64,000 nt of DNA from Cryomorphaceae bacterium MED-G14. GTDB lineage: Bacteria; Bacteroidota; Bacteroidia; Flavobacteriales; Flavobacteriaceae. Position 1 is the first letter of the stretch. Each line of letters begins with the position of its first letter. Location: assembly GCA_002457715.1 (NCBI GenBank), contig NTKN01000001.1:6826-70825 (forward strand), written 5' to 3'. The notes beneath the pieces are model-generated. The model did no database searches. It worked only from the letters and a program-made list of their open reading frames with translations, and was not told the DNA's origin. This document shows, one piece after another, positions 8,683 to 17,472 of this stretch. Position numbers and translations under genes: made by a program.

Positions 8683-8976
8683 TTAGATATTTAAAGATCT
8701 TTCAATTTCTTCAATTTCAATAATATCCAATGCTTCCTGCAATGTTGGAGTTATATTATTGAAATTATCTAAAGTTAAGTTTTTGGAAATTAAAACTATA
8801 GATTTTTTATGTTTAGAATTATTATTTTGTATTTCTTTTAAAAAAATATGATCATGATCATAATCAGTTTCAAATTGAATAATACAGTTATTATCATAAT
8901 TTAAAACGAAAAAATCTTTAAGATCTTGTAGTTTAGTATTCTTTTGAATTAAAAAAAAAACGTGAGATTTATTCAT
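8683..8976 (-). CDS. hypothetical small acidic protein (97 aa)
   Basis: The ORF fills the pyrB-rnz gap exactly: a 4-nt overlap with the pyrB stop, and its stop abuts the next start. No motif recognised. Confidence 0.5.
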   Translation of the reverse strand: MNKSHVFFLIQKNTKLQDLKDFFVLNYDNNCIIQFETDYDHDHIFLKEIQNNNSKHKKSIVLISKNLTLDNFNNITPTLQEALDIIEIEEIERSLNI

Positions 8977-9899
8977 AATCTAGAAGCTAATAGATACATA
9001 ACTGCCATTCTTATTGCTACTCCATTTTCAACCTGATCTAAAATAACTGTTTTACCTGAATCTATAACATCACTTGATAGCTCAACCCCCCTGTTAATTG
9101 GACCAGGATGAGTAATAATTATTTCTTTATTTAATTTTAAGAGTTTTTTCTTATTTAATCCAAACTCTTTAGCATATTCTCTTGTAGATGGAAAACAACT
9201 TTGAATCATTCTTTCATTTTGAATCCTTAACATACTTGCAACATCACACCAATTTAATGCTAACTCAAAATTTGGCTCAAAATCAACACCAAGCTTGTTA
9301 ATGTATTTTGGAATTAAACTTTTTGGGCCACAAACTTTTACTTCAGCACCTAATTTTTTGAATGCAAAAATATTTGATAAAGCTACTCTTGAATGTAGAA
9401 TATCACCAACAATTACAATTTTTTTACCATTCAAATCACCAAGATTTTCAACTAGTGTGAAAGAATCTAATAAAGCCTGAGTAGGATGCTCGTGACATCC
9501 ATCACCAGCATTAACAATGCAAGAATCTATATTATTTGCTAAAAAAACACTAGCTCCAGGACTTGGATGTCTCATAACTACCATGTCAACTTTCATTGAT
9601 AAAATATTATTTACCGTATCTGCTAAAGTCTCTCCTTTACTTATTGAAGAAGATGATGATGAAAAATTTACTACATCAGCACTCAGTCTTTTTTGTGCTA
9701 ATTCAAAAGATATTTTTGTTCTTGTACTATTTTCAAAAAATAAATTAGCTATTGTTATGTCTCTTAAACTTGGTACCTTTTTTATTTTTCTATTTATAAC
9801 CTCCTTAAAATTTCTTGCAGTTTCAAAAATCAAGTAAATATCATCTTCATTTAGATATTTTATACCAAGCAAGTTTGAAATAGATAACTTATTTATCAT
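8973..9899 (-). CDS. pyrB: aspartate carbamoyltransferase catalytic subunit
   Basis: STRTKISFELA, HPTQALLD and THPGPINRG motifs. 308 aa. Confidence 0.95.
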   Translation of the reverse strand: MINKLSISNLLGIKYLNEDDIYLIFETARNFKEVINRKIKKVPSLRDITIANLFFENSTRTKISFELAQKRLSADVVNFSSSSSSISKGETLADTVNNILSMKVDMVVMRHPSPGASVFLANNIDSCIVNAGDGCHEHPTQALLDSFTLVENLGDLNGKKIVIVGDILHSRVALSNIFAFKKLGAEVKVCGPKSLIPKYINKLGVDFEPNFELALNWCDVASMLRIQNERMIQSCFPSTREYAKEFGLNKKKLLKLNKEIIITHPGPINRGVELSSDVIDSGKTVILDQVENGVAIRMAVMYLLASRL

Positions 9900-10446
9900 T
9901 CTTTATATATAAATAAACAGAATCTTCTCCATCAATTTCCTTCCATTTTACAGTAACTCTTTGATTATTAATAGAATCTACTTGACAACCACAATAATCA
10001 GGTTGAATAGGTAAATGTCTAGAAAATCTTCTATCAATTAAACTTAATAATTCAACTCTGGCTGGTCTTCCAAATGATTGAAGAGCAGATAAGGCAGCTG
10101 TTACACTTCTTCCGGTATAAAGTACATCATCAATCAAAACAACTGTCATATTTTCAATACTAAAATCAATAGAAGTTTTATTAGCGTTTAAAACTTTATT
10201 TTCTCTGCCAAAATCATCTCTAAAAAAAGTAATATCTAAAAACCCTAATTTAATATCCTTAATATCATGAATTGATTCTAACAAATATTTGATTTTTTTT
10301 GAAAGAATTTTTCCTCTTGGTTGAATACCAATTAAAACAGTATTTGAAAAGTCGTTGTGATTTTCAAATAACTGACTAGCTAACCGATTTAAAATTAGGT
10401 AAAGTTTTGAGGCGTCTAAGATTTTTTTGTTTAAGTCTACGCTCAT
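9889..10446 (-). CDS. pyrR: bifunctional pyrimidine regulator / uracil phosphoribosyltransferase PyrR
   Basis: PRPP-binding VVLIDDVLYTGRS. About 185 aa. I prefer the ATG at 10446 over the TTG at 10449 given in the ORF track. Confidence 0.85.
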   Translation of the reverse strand: MSVDLNKKILDASKLYLILNRLASQLFENHNDFSNTVLIGIQPRGKILSKKIKYLLESIHDIKDIKLGFLDITFFRDDFGRENKVLNANKTSIDFSIENMTVVLIDDVLYTGRSVTAALSALQSFGRPARVELLSLIDRRFSRHLPIQPDYCGCQVDSINNQRVTVKWKEIDGEDSVYLYIKNDK

Positions 10447-10453
10447 CAAAAGG

Positions 10454-10461
10454 CAAAACTA
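10454..10461 (-). promoter_or_regulatory. -7 box (TAGTTTTG) for pyrR
   Basis: Exact TAnnTTTG on the minus strand, 7 nt upstream of the pyrR ATG. Confidence 0.4.
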
Positions 10462-10486
10462 ACAAAAAATTACAAATCAAAAAAAG

Positions 10487-11734
10487 TTATACTTTGATTC
10501 TTTCAGATAACCTCTTATAAGTTCCATTATTAAGTTTGTCTCTGATTGCAGTAAAAGCTGCTAAGGTTTCATTAATATCATCAGAATTGTGAGTTGAAGT
10601 AGGTATCAGCCTTAGTAAAATTAATCCTTTAGGAATAACAGGGTAAACAACTATAGAACAAAAAATATTATACTTTTCTCTTAAGTCTTTAACTAGAACC
10701 ATTGCTTCAGGGACATCTCCCTTTAAAAAAACAGGTGTTACACAACTTTGAGTACTTCCAATATCAAAACCTCTTTCAACTAAGCCATTTTGAAGCATTT
10801 TTACATTTGTCCACAAATTTTCTCTCAATTGTGGAGTGTTTTTTAGCAATTCTAATCTTTTTAGAGCTCCAGCAACTAATTGCATCTGTAAAGATTTGGC
10901 AAACATTTGAGATCTCATATTATATTTAAGATACTTTACAACTTCGCTTGAACCTGCAACAAAAGCACCTGTTGAAGCCAATGATTTGGCAAATGTTGCA
11001 AAATAAACATCAATTTCGTCTTGAACACCTTGTTCTTCACCAGCTCCAGCTCCAGTTTTTCCAAGAGTTCCAAAGCCATGTGCATCATCAACTAAAAGCC
11101 TAAAATCATATTTTTCTTTAAGTTTTACAATTTCTTTGATTTTTCCTTGTTCACCTCTCATTCCAAAAACACCTTCAGAAATTACTAATATTCCTCCACC
11201 AGTTTTTTCTACAATATTTTGAGCTCTAACTAAGTTTTTTTCAAGACTTTCTATATCATTGTGTTGAAATGTAAATCTTTTACCAACATGTAATCGAACT
11301 CCATCTACAATACATGCATGGGAATCAATATCATATACAATGACATCATTTTTAGAAACTAAAGTATCAACTATTGACAAAATTCCTTGATATCCAAAAT
11401 TTAATACGTAAGCAGAATCTTTACATACAAACTCAGCAAGTTGATTTTCAAGTATTTCATGTAAATCTGTGTGTCCAGACATCATTCTGGCACCCATTGG
11501 ATATGCTGAACCATACTCTTTACCAGCTTCAGCATCAACTTTTCTTACTTCAGGATGATTAGATAAACCTAGATAATCATTTATACTCCAAGTGATAACT
11601 TCTTTTCCATTAAATTTCATTCTGTTAGAAATCTGTCCCTCAAGTTTTGGAAAAACAAAATAACCTTCAGCAACTGAAGCCCACTTTCCGAGAGGACCCA
11701 TGTTTTTTAAAAATTTTTCAAATAAATCTGCCAT
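10487..11734 (-). CDS. PLP-dependent alpha-oxoamine synthase family protein (Spt / cysteate-C-fatty-acyltransferase CapB-like; Kbl not excluded)
   Basis: 415 aa. NDYLGLSNHPEV, DDAHGFGTLG and the ATFAKSLAS PLP-Lys region. The N-terminus EGYFVFPKLEG resembles Bacteroidota Spt-like enzymes rather than 398-aa Kbl. The start overlaps the upstream stop (TAATG). Confidence 0.8.
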   Translation of the reverse strand: MADLFEKFLKNMGPLGKWASVAEGYFVFPKLEGQISNRMKFNGKEVITWSINDYLGLSNHPEVRKVDAEAGKEYGSAYPMGARMMSGHTDLHEILENQLAEFVCKDSAYVLNFGYQGILSIVDTLVSKNDVIVYDIDSHACIVDGVRLHVGKRFTFQHNDIESLEKNLVRAQNIVEKTGGGILVISEGVFGMRGEQGKIKEIVKLKEKYDFRLLVDDAHGFGTLGKTGAGAGEEQGVQDEIDVYFATFAKSLASTGAFVAGSSEVVKYLKYNMRSQMFAKSLQMQLVAGALKRLELLKNTPQLRENLWTNVKMLQNGLVERGFDIGSTQSCVTPVFLKGDVPEAMVLVKDLREKYNIFCSIVVYPVIPKGLILLRLIPTSTHNSDDINETLAAFTAIRDKLNNGTYKRLSERIKV

Positions 11735-12774
11735 TATCTTATAAATTCAATTTGTGATTCTTGCTCATCTTTAGTTTTTACAGAAAATCCTTGATTTTTC
11801 ATCCACTCATCACTATATATTTTGCTCATATATCTTGATCCATGATCACAAAAAACAGTTATTGTAACGCTGTTTTCGTCAAAAATATTTAATTTATTTA
11901 ATTGTTTAATAGCTTGCATGCACGCACCAGATGTGTACCCCACAAATATACCTTCTTTTTCAGCAATTTTTCTTGAAAAGATAGCACTTTCTTCATCTGT
12001 AACTTTTTCATAGTGGTCAATAACTTGAAAATCAGTTGAGGTTGGTATAAGATTTTTTCCTAAACCCTCTATTCTGTAAGGATATATTTCATTTTCATCA
12101 AACTCGCCAGTTTCATGAAATTTTTTCAAAACTGATCCATAAGCATCTACTCCTATAATTTTAATTTTTGAATTTTTTTCTTTTAAAAACCTTCCTATTC
12201 CAGAGATTGTGCCACCAGTTCCGCTACTAGCTATCAGATGAGTAATTTTTCCTGAAGTTTGTTCCCAAATTTCTGGACCAGTTGTAGAATAGTGTGCGTC
12301 AATATTTAATTCATTAAAATATTGATTTATATAGATTGAATCTTTAATTTCTTCATTTAATCTTTTGGCAACTTGATAATATGATCTTTTATCATCAGCA
12401 GGAACATTAGCTGGACAAACATAAACCTTTGCACCCATAGATTTTAACATATCAATTTTATCAGCAGATGATTTTGAAGAAACTGCAACTATACATTTAT
12501 ATCCTTTAACCATAGAAACCATGGATAAACTGAATCCAGTATTTCCAGATGTAGTCTCGATGATTGTTGTGGTTTTATCTATTAAGCCTTTTTTTTCTGC
12601 TGACTCAATTATGTGTAAAGCAATTCTATCTTTGTTTGAATGACCTGGATTGAATGCTTCATACTTAGCGTAATATGAACCTTTAAACCCTTTAACAATT
12701 CTATTTAATTTAATAAGTGGTGTATTACCAATTAATGATAGGATATTTTTGTGAGCATCTATTTTATTTTTCAT
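11734..12774 (-). CDS. cysteine synthase / cystathionine beta-synthase family PLP enzyme (CapA cysteate-synthase-like)
   Basis: [19 protein letters not shown] (PLP Lys), TSGNTG and GTGGTISG. 346 aa with no CBS-pair regulatory domain. Confidence 0.8.
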   Translation of the reverse strand: MKNKIDAHKNILSLIGNTPLIKLNRIVKGFKGSYYAKYEAFNPGHSNKDRIALHIIESAEKKGLIDKTTTIIETTSGNTGFSLSMVSMVKGYKCIVAVSSKSSADKIDMLKSMGAKVYVCPANVPADDKRSYYQVAKRLNEEIKDSIYINQYFNELNIDAHYSTTGPEIWEQTSGKITHLIASSGTGGTISGIGRFLKEKNSKIKIIGVDAYGSVLKKFHETGEFDENEIYPYRIEGLGKNLIPTSTDFQVIDHYEKVTDEESAIFSRKIAEKEGIFVGYTSGACMQAIKQLNKLNIFDENSVTITVFCDHGSRYMSKIYSDEWMKNQGFSVKTKDEQESQIEFIR

Positions 12775-12797
12775 GCACCATTTTGAACATCATTTCG

Positions 12798-12805
12798 CAA
12801 AAATA
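12798..12805 (-). promoter_or_regulatory. -7 box (TATTTTTG) for the CBS-like / alpha-oxoamine synthase pair
   Basis: Exact TAnnTTTG on the minus strand, 23 nt upstream of the ATG at 12774. Confidence 0.4.
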
Positions 12806-12833
12806 CATCAAATTATTGTTTTTGATGAATTTT

Positions 12834-13865
12834 TTAAAAATTGTCATGAATTTTAGCTAAACAATCTAGAAAATATTCATGGTGATTCTGATTATAATCT
12901 AAGTGAGTTACTATTCTTAATTTATTATCACCCATGCTTATAATTTCAATTCCTTTTTCTGATAATTTATTTTGGAAAACAGATGAAGAATATTTATCAT
13001 CAATTTCAAAAATTACAATATTAGTTTCTACAGGCTCTACTTTTTTGATGTAAGCTAGTTTATTTAAAACATTTCCAATTTCTTGAGCTTTAAGATGATC
13101 ATCTTTAAGTCGATTAATATTATTTTCTAAGGCATAAATTCCGCAGGCTGCTAGGAATCCCGACTGCCTCATTCCACCCCCAAGAATTTTTCTAATTTTC
13201 AAAGCATTTTCAAAATATTGAGAAGAAGTAAGAAGAAGTGATCCTACTGGACAACCCAGACCCTTTGAAAGACAAACAGAAATTGTATCAAAGATATTTC
13301 CATATTCTTTAAAATTAATTTTATTTTTAACAAAAGCATTCCAAATTCTAGCACCATCCATATGAAAAAAAAGGTTGTTTTCATCACATATTTTTTTAAT
13401 TTTTTTTAACTCTTCAATATCCCAGCATGCTCCGCCACCTTTATTAGTTGTATTCTCAATACAAACCAAGCTAGTTTTAGGGCTATGATAAAAATCTGGA
13501 GGATTTATAGACTTTACAACATCTTCTACGTTAAATAATCCTCTATCACCCCCTATCAACTTACAAGAAACACCAGAATTAAAACTTACTCCCCCACCCT
13601 CGTAATTATAAATATGAGCATATTTACTGCAAATGAGTTGATCTCCAGGATTTGTTAAAATTTTTACAGCTGTCTGATTTGTCATTGTACCGGAGGGGAA
13701 AAAGAGTGCTTTCTCCATACCAAAAAGATTAGCAACCTTCTCCTCTAAATCATTTACAGTGGGGTCTTCTTTAAAAACATCATCACCAACATGAGCATTA
13801 AACATAGCTTCCATCATAGCTTCTGTTGGCTTTGTAACAGTATCACTTATTAAATTCACATTCAT
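12834..13865 (-). CDS. ltaE: low-specificity L-threonine aldolase
   Basis: GDDVFKEDPTVNDLE, PSGTMTNQ and the LSKGLGCPVGS PLP-Lys region. 343 aa. Confidence 0.85.
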   Translation of the reverse strand: MNVNLISDTVTKPTEAMMEAMFNAHVGDDVFKEDPTVNDLEEKVANLFGMEKALFFPSGTMTNQTAVKILTNPGDQLICSKYAHIYNYEGGGVSFNSGVSCKLIGGDRGLFNVEDVVKSINPPDFYHSPKTSLVCIENTTNKGGGACWDIEELKKIKKICDENNLFFHMDGARIWNAFVKNKINFKEYGNIFDTISVCLSKGLGCPVGSLLLTSSQYFENALKIRKILGGGMRQSGFLAACGIYALENNINRLKDDHLKAQEIGNVLNKLAYIKKVEPVETNIVIFEIDDKYSSSVFQNKLSEKGIEIISMGDNKLRIVTHLDYNQNHHEYFLDCLAKIHDNF

Positions 13866-13934
13866 TATTGAATAACATTATAATCTCTTATGTTAAATAT
13901 AGTTTATGATTAATATTAAAACAATTAATTTATT

Positions 13935-13942
13935 TAATTTTG
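13935..13942 (+). promoter_or_regulatory. -7 box (TAATTTTG) for prfB
   Basis: Exact TAnnTTTG ending 7 nt before the TTG start at 13950. Confidence 0.35.
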
Positions 13943-13949
13943 GTTTGTT

Positions 13950-15039
13950 TTGATTACTACAGATAATATTAAAAATTTAATTCAACGTCTTGGGTCCCTA
14001 AGACGGTATCTTTGACTTAGAAAGTAAAAGAATTGAAATCTCAAATCTCGAAGAAAAAACACTTAATCCTGACTTTTGGAATGATAATTCCCAGGCCCAA
14101 ATTATTTTAAAAAAAATAAAATCAATAAAAGACTGGGTGGTTGGTTTTGAACTAGCTGAATCATTATGTGATGAGCTTGAGATCACTTATGAATATTTTA
14201 AAAACAAGGAAGTTCAAGAGGATGGTTTAACAGAAATTTATGAAAAGTGTAAAAAAACACTTGAAGAATTAGAGTTTAAAAACATGTTATCATCTGAGGG
14301 TGATGAATTATCAACAGTGTTGCAAATAACCGCAGGTGCTGGTGGAACTGAAAGTTGTGATTGGGCTAGTATGTTAACAAGAATGTACATGATGTGGTGT
14401 GAAAAAAGAGGATTTAAAACAAAACAACTTAATTTAGTTGATGGAGATGTCGCAGGTATAAAAACAATTACAATTGAAATTCAAGGTGATTATTCATTCG
14501 GATGGTTAAAAGGTGAAAATGGTGTTCATAGACTGGTAAGACTATCACCTTTTGACAGTAATGCAAAAAGACATACTTCATTTGCCTCAGTTTATGTATA
14601 TCCACTGGTTGATGAAAGTATAGAGATAGAAATTAATAATTCTGAAATTGAATGGGATACTATGAGATCAAGTGGTGCAGGTGGACAGAGCGTAAACAAA
14701 ATTGAAACAGCTGTTAGATTAAAACATATTCCAACTGGGATAGTTATTGAAAACTCAGAAACAAGATCACAGCTCGATAATAAAAATAAAGCATTAATTC
14801 TGCTGAAATCTCAGCTTTATGAAATTGAACTAAATAAAAAACTAGAGGCTAGGAAAAAAATTGAGGATAGTAAGAAAAAAATAGAATGGGGATCACAAAT
14901 AAGAAACTATGTTCTACACCCTTACAAGATGGTTAAAGATGTAAGAACCAGTACTGAAATTGGAGATGCTTCATCTGTTTTAGATGGTAACATTGACCCC
15001 TTTCTTAAATCCTTTCTAATGTCGAACAACAATGATTAA
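13950..15039 (+). CDS. prfB: peptide chain release factor 2, requiring a programmed +1 frameshift at 14010-14016
   Basis: Frame 0 gives TTG-MITTDNIKNLIQRLGSLRRYL, then an in-frame TGA. The +1 frame continues DLESKRIEISNLEEKTLNPDFW.. into the 300-aa ORF of the track. SPF (RLSPFDS) and GGQ (GAGGQSVNK) motifs are present. Confidence 0.92.
14007..14016 (+). other. RF2 autoregulatory +1 frameshift site UAU CUU UGA C
   Basis: Exact match to the canonical CUU UGA C shift site. The upstream hexamer is AGACGG, whereas E. coli has the SD-like AGGGGG. Confidence 0.9.
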
Positions 15040-15646
15040 AATTAATACAATTATTTTTGATTTGGGTGGTGTTTTAATTGATTGGAACCCAAGGTATGTT
15101 TATAAAGATATTTTTAAAAATGATTCTAAAATGGAATGGTTTTTCGATAATATTTGTACAAATGAATGGAACTTAATGCAAGACAAAGGTTATTCAATGA
15201 AAAAAGCAACCGAAGAAAAAATATCAGAATTTCCAGAATTTGAAAAATTGATAAAAATGTATTACGGTCGGTGGGAAGATATGTTAAAAGATGAAATTGG
15301 TGAAACTGTAAATGTTCTCAAAAAGCTAGTAAAATCTAAAAAATATAAGCTTTTAGCCTTAACAAATTGGAGTCAAGAAACTTTTCCAATAGCAATTAAA
15401 AAGTTTGATTTTCTGAATTTATTTGAAGATATAGTTGTTTCTGGTGAAATTAAAATGATTAAACCTGATATAGAAATATATGATTATATAATTAAAAAAC
15501 ATTCGATTATCCCTGAACACACAGTTTTTATCGATGATAATAGTTCTAATATAATTGGAGCGCAAAAAGCAAAAATTAATGCTATTCACTATAAAAATAC
15601 CAAGCAAATGGTTGAAGAATTAAAAAAATATGGAGTAAAAACCTAA
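15032..15646 (+). CDS. HAD-superfamily hydrolase
   Basis: Motif I IIFDLGGVLIDW, LTNWS, and motif IV FIDDNSSNI. It overlaps the prfB stop by 8 nt. Confidence 0.8.
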   Translation: MIKINTIIFDLGGVLIDWNPRYVYKDIFKNDSKMEWFFDNICTNEWNLMQDKGYSMKKATEEKISEFPEFEKLIKMYYGRWEDMLKDEIGETVNVLKKLVKSKKYKLLALTNWSQETFPIAIKKFDFLNLFEDIVVSGEIKMIKPDIEIYDYIIKKHSIIPEHTVFIDDNSSNIIGAQKAKINAIHYKNTKQMVEELKKYGVKT

Positions 15647-15649
15647 GTA

Positions 15650-15802
15650 TTATTTCTTCTTTCTTTCCTTGAGCCATTCGAAGAAAGAACCAGTAACCCA
15701 GTAAGGTATAATAAAACCTAAAAGAAGAATCATAAGCCAGAAGCCCATAGTTAAAATCGTCATAAATATTAAAAAACCTAAGTACTGATCAAATTCAAAC
15801 AT
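15650..15802 (-). CDS. small hydrophobic protein, 50 aa (below the ORF-track cutoff)
   Basis: ATG..TAA ORF encoding MFEFDQYLGFLIFMTILTMGFWLMILLLGFIIPYWVTGSFFEWLKERKKK. It has one or two TM segments and a basic tail. An exact -7 box lies 4 nt upstream. Confidence 0.45.
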   Translation of the reverse strand: MFEFDQYLGFLIFMTILTMGFWLMILLLGFIIPYWVTGSFFEWLKERKKK

Positions 15803-15806
15803 ATTA

Positions 15807-15814
15807 CAAAGATA
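15807..15814 (-). promoter_or_regulatory. -7 box (TATCTTTG) for the 50-aa ORF
   Basis: Exact TAnnTTTG on the minus strand, 4 nt from the ATG at 15802. Confidence 0.4.
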
Positions 15815-15879
15815 ACCATATAATTAATAATTTAAAAGGTTAGAAAATACTTTATCAACATATTTAAATCAGTATTTTG

Positions 15880-15887
15880 TAAATTTG
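15880..15887 (+). promoter_or_regulatory. -7 box (TAAATTTG) for fumC
   Basis: Exact TAnnTTTG 17 nt upstream of the fumC ATG. Confidence 0.4.
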
Positions 15888-15904
15888 TAATATAATTTAA
15901 ATCC

Positions 15905-17287
15905 ATGAAGTATAGAATAGAGTATGACACTATTGGGGAAGTAAAAATACCAAAAGCCTCACTTTGGGGTCCTCAAACTCAACGATCAATTGAAAATTTC
16001 AAAATTGGTAAACCAAGTTCAATGCCAATTGAAATTATAAAAGCATACTCTATAATTAAAAAATCATGTGCACAAGCTAATAACGAATCAAAAATTCTTG
16101 ATAACAAAAAAATGAAATTGATAAGTGAAGTGTGTGACGAAATATTAGAAGGTATTCATGATAATGAATTTCCTCTAGTCATATGGCAAACAGGATCTGG
16201 AACACAAACAAATATGAATATTAATGAGGTAATTTCTAATAGGGCTAATATTATTTTAGGAAAAACTTTAATTGATGATAAATTTATAAAAGCGAATGAT
16301 GATGTTAATATGTCTCAATCTTCAAATGATTCTTTTCCAACAGCAATAAACATCGCAGTTACAAAACTTTTACTTGAAAAAACAATTGTGTCAATTGAAA
16401 ATTTTATAAAAACTCTAAAGTCAAAGGTAAATGAATTTAGTAAAGAAGTTAAAATTGGAAGAACTCATCTTATGGATGCTACTCCCTTAACTTTAGGGCA
16501 AGAGTTTTCAGGTTATGAATCACAAATATCTCATGGCTTAAAATCTCTTAAAAACAGTCTCTCTCATCTTAAAGAATTAGCAATCGGAGGAACAGCTGTA
16601 GGTACTGGCTTAAACACTCCATTAAATTTTGATAAAACCGTTGTTAAAAATATATGTAATCAAACAAACATTGACTTTAAACCTGCAGAAAATAAATTTG
16701 AATCTATCGCTTCAAATGATGCATTAGTTGAAACTCATGGAGCATTAAAACAAATAGCAGTTTCTTTATTTAAAATAGCAAATGATATTAGATTGCTTGG
16801 AAGTGGTCCAAGATCAGGATTTGCAGAACTAATACTTCCGTCAAATGAGCCAGGAAGTTCTATAATGCCAGGAAAGGTTAACCCAACTCAGTGTGAAGCT
16901 CTATCGATGGTATGTACTCAAATAATGGGTAATGACAGTACTGTAACTATCGCAGGAAGTCAAGGACATCTAGAATTAAATGTTTTTAAGCCTGTTCTTG
17001 CTCACAAACTTATTGAATCTGCCCATTTAATTGCAGATGCTTGCGATAGTTTTAATAAAAACTGTTTGAAAGGATTAAAGGCTAATAAAAAGAAAATTAA
17101 AGAGCATTTGAATAACTCATTGATGTTGGTAACCGCATTAAATAAAAAAATAGGGTATTATAAAGCTGCAGAAATAGCAAATAATGCTCATAAAAACGGA
17201 ACAACACTAAAAACCGAGGCATTAAAATCTGGATATCTGAGTGAAAAAGAATTTGATGAATGGGTAAATCCAGAAAAAATGATCTAA
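15905..17287 (+). CDS. fumC: class II fumarate hydratase
   Basis: GSSIMPGKVNPTQCE signature and WQTGSGTQTNMN. 460 aa. Confidence 0.96.
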   Translation: MKYRIEYDTIGEVKIPKASLWGPQTQRSIENFKIGKPSSMPIEIIKAYSIIKKSCAQANNESKILDNKKMKLISEVCDEILEGIHDNEFPLVIWQTGSGTQTNMNINEVISNRANIILGKTLIDDKFIKANDDVNMSQSSNDSFPTAINIAVTKLLLEKTIVSIENFIKTLKSKVNEFSKEVKIGRTHLMDATPLTLGQEFSGYESQISHGLKSLKNSLSHLKELAIGGTAVGTGLNTPLNFDKTVVKNICNQTNIDFKPAENKFESIASNDALVETHGALKQIAVSLFKIANDIRLLGSGPRSGFAELILPSNEPGSSIMPGKVNPTQCEALSMVCTQIMGNDSTVTIAGSQGHLELNVFKPVLAHKLIESAHLIADACDSFNKNCLKGLKANKKKIKEHLNNSLMLVTALNKKIGYYKAAEIANNAHKNGTTLKTEALKSGYLSEKEFDEWVNPEKMI

Positions 17288-17472
17288 ATTCTTCCCTTTA
17301 ATGCATTGAATGCCCAACCAATTGCTATAAAACCTACTCCAACAACTGAAAATCCAATAGCATATTCAGGATATTTTAAAACTCCTAAAAAAATTAATGC
17401 AATTCCTAAAAGAGTTAATATAAATGAAGCCCAAGCAAAGATTGAATTTTTATTAAGACTCATAATTATCAT
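17284..17472 (-). CDS. small two-TM membrane protein (62 aa)
   Basis: IFAWASFILTLLGIALIFLGVL and AIGFSVVGVGFIAIGWAFNAL form two Gly/Trp-rich hydrophobic helices. It runs in the same direction as the upstream CPBP gene and overlaps it. The opposite-strand ORF at 17306-17488 looks non-protein-like. Confidence 0.5.
   Translation of the reverse strand: MIIMSLNKNSIFAWASFILTLLGIALIFLGVLKYPEYAIGFSVVGVGFIAIGWAFNALKGRI

Noticed and set aside
9517-9837. A 106-aa ORF (and a 61-aa ORF at 9295-9480) lies antisense to pyrB.
   Set aside because: They lie wholly inside a strongly supported gene, have a low-complexity composition, and have no promoter box or independent motif.
10447-10486. I looked for a PyrR-binding attenuator (anti-antiterminator RNA) upstream of pyrR-pyrB.
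   Set aside because: The spacer is only 40 nt. It contains a -7 box 7 nt from the ATG, and it has no PyrR-box-like stem-loop or terminator. This PyrR may act only as a UPRTase or regulate elsewhere.
13998-14186. A 62-aa minus-strand ORF spans the prfB frameshift region.
   Set aside because: The region is fully explained by prfB frame 0 plus frame +1, and this ORF is antisense to it.
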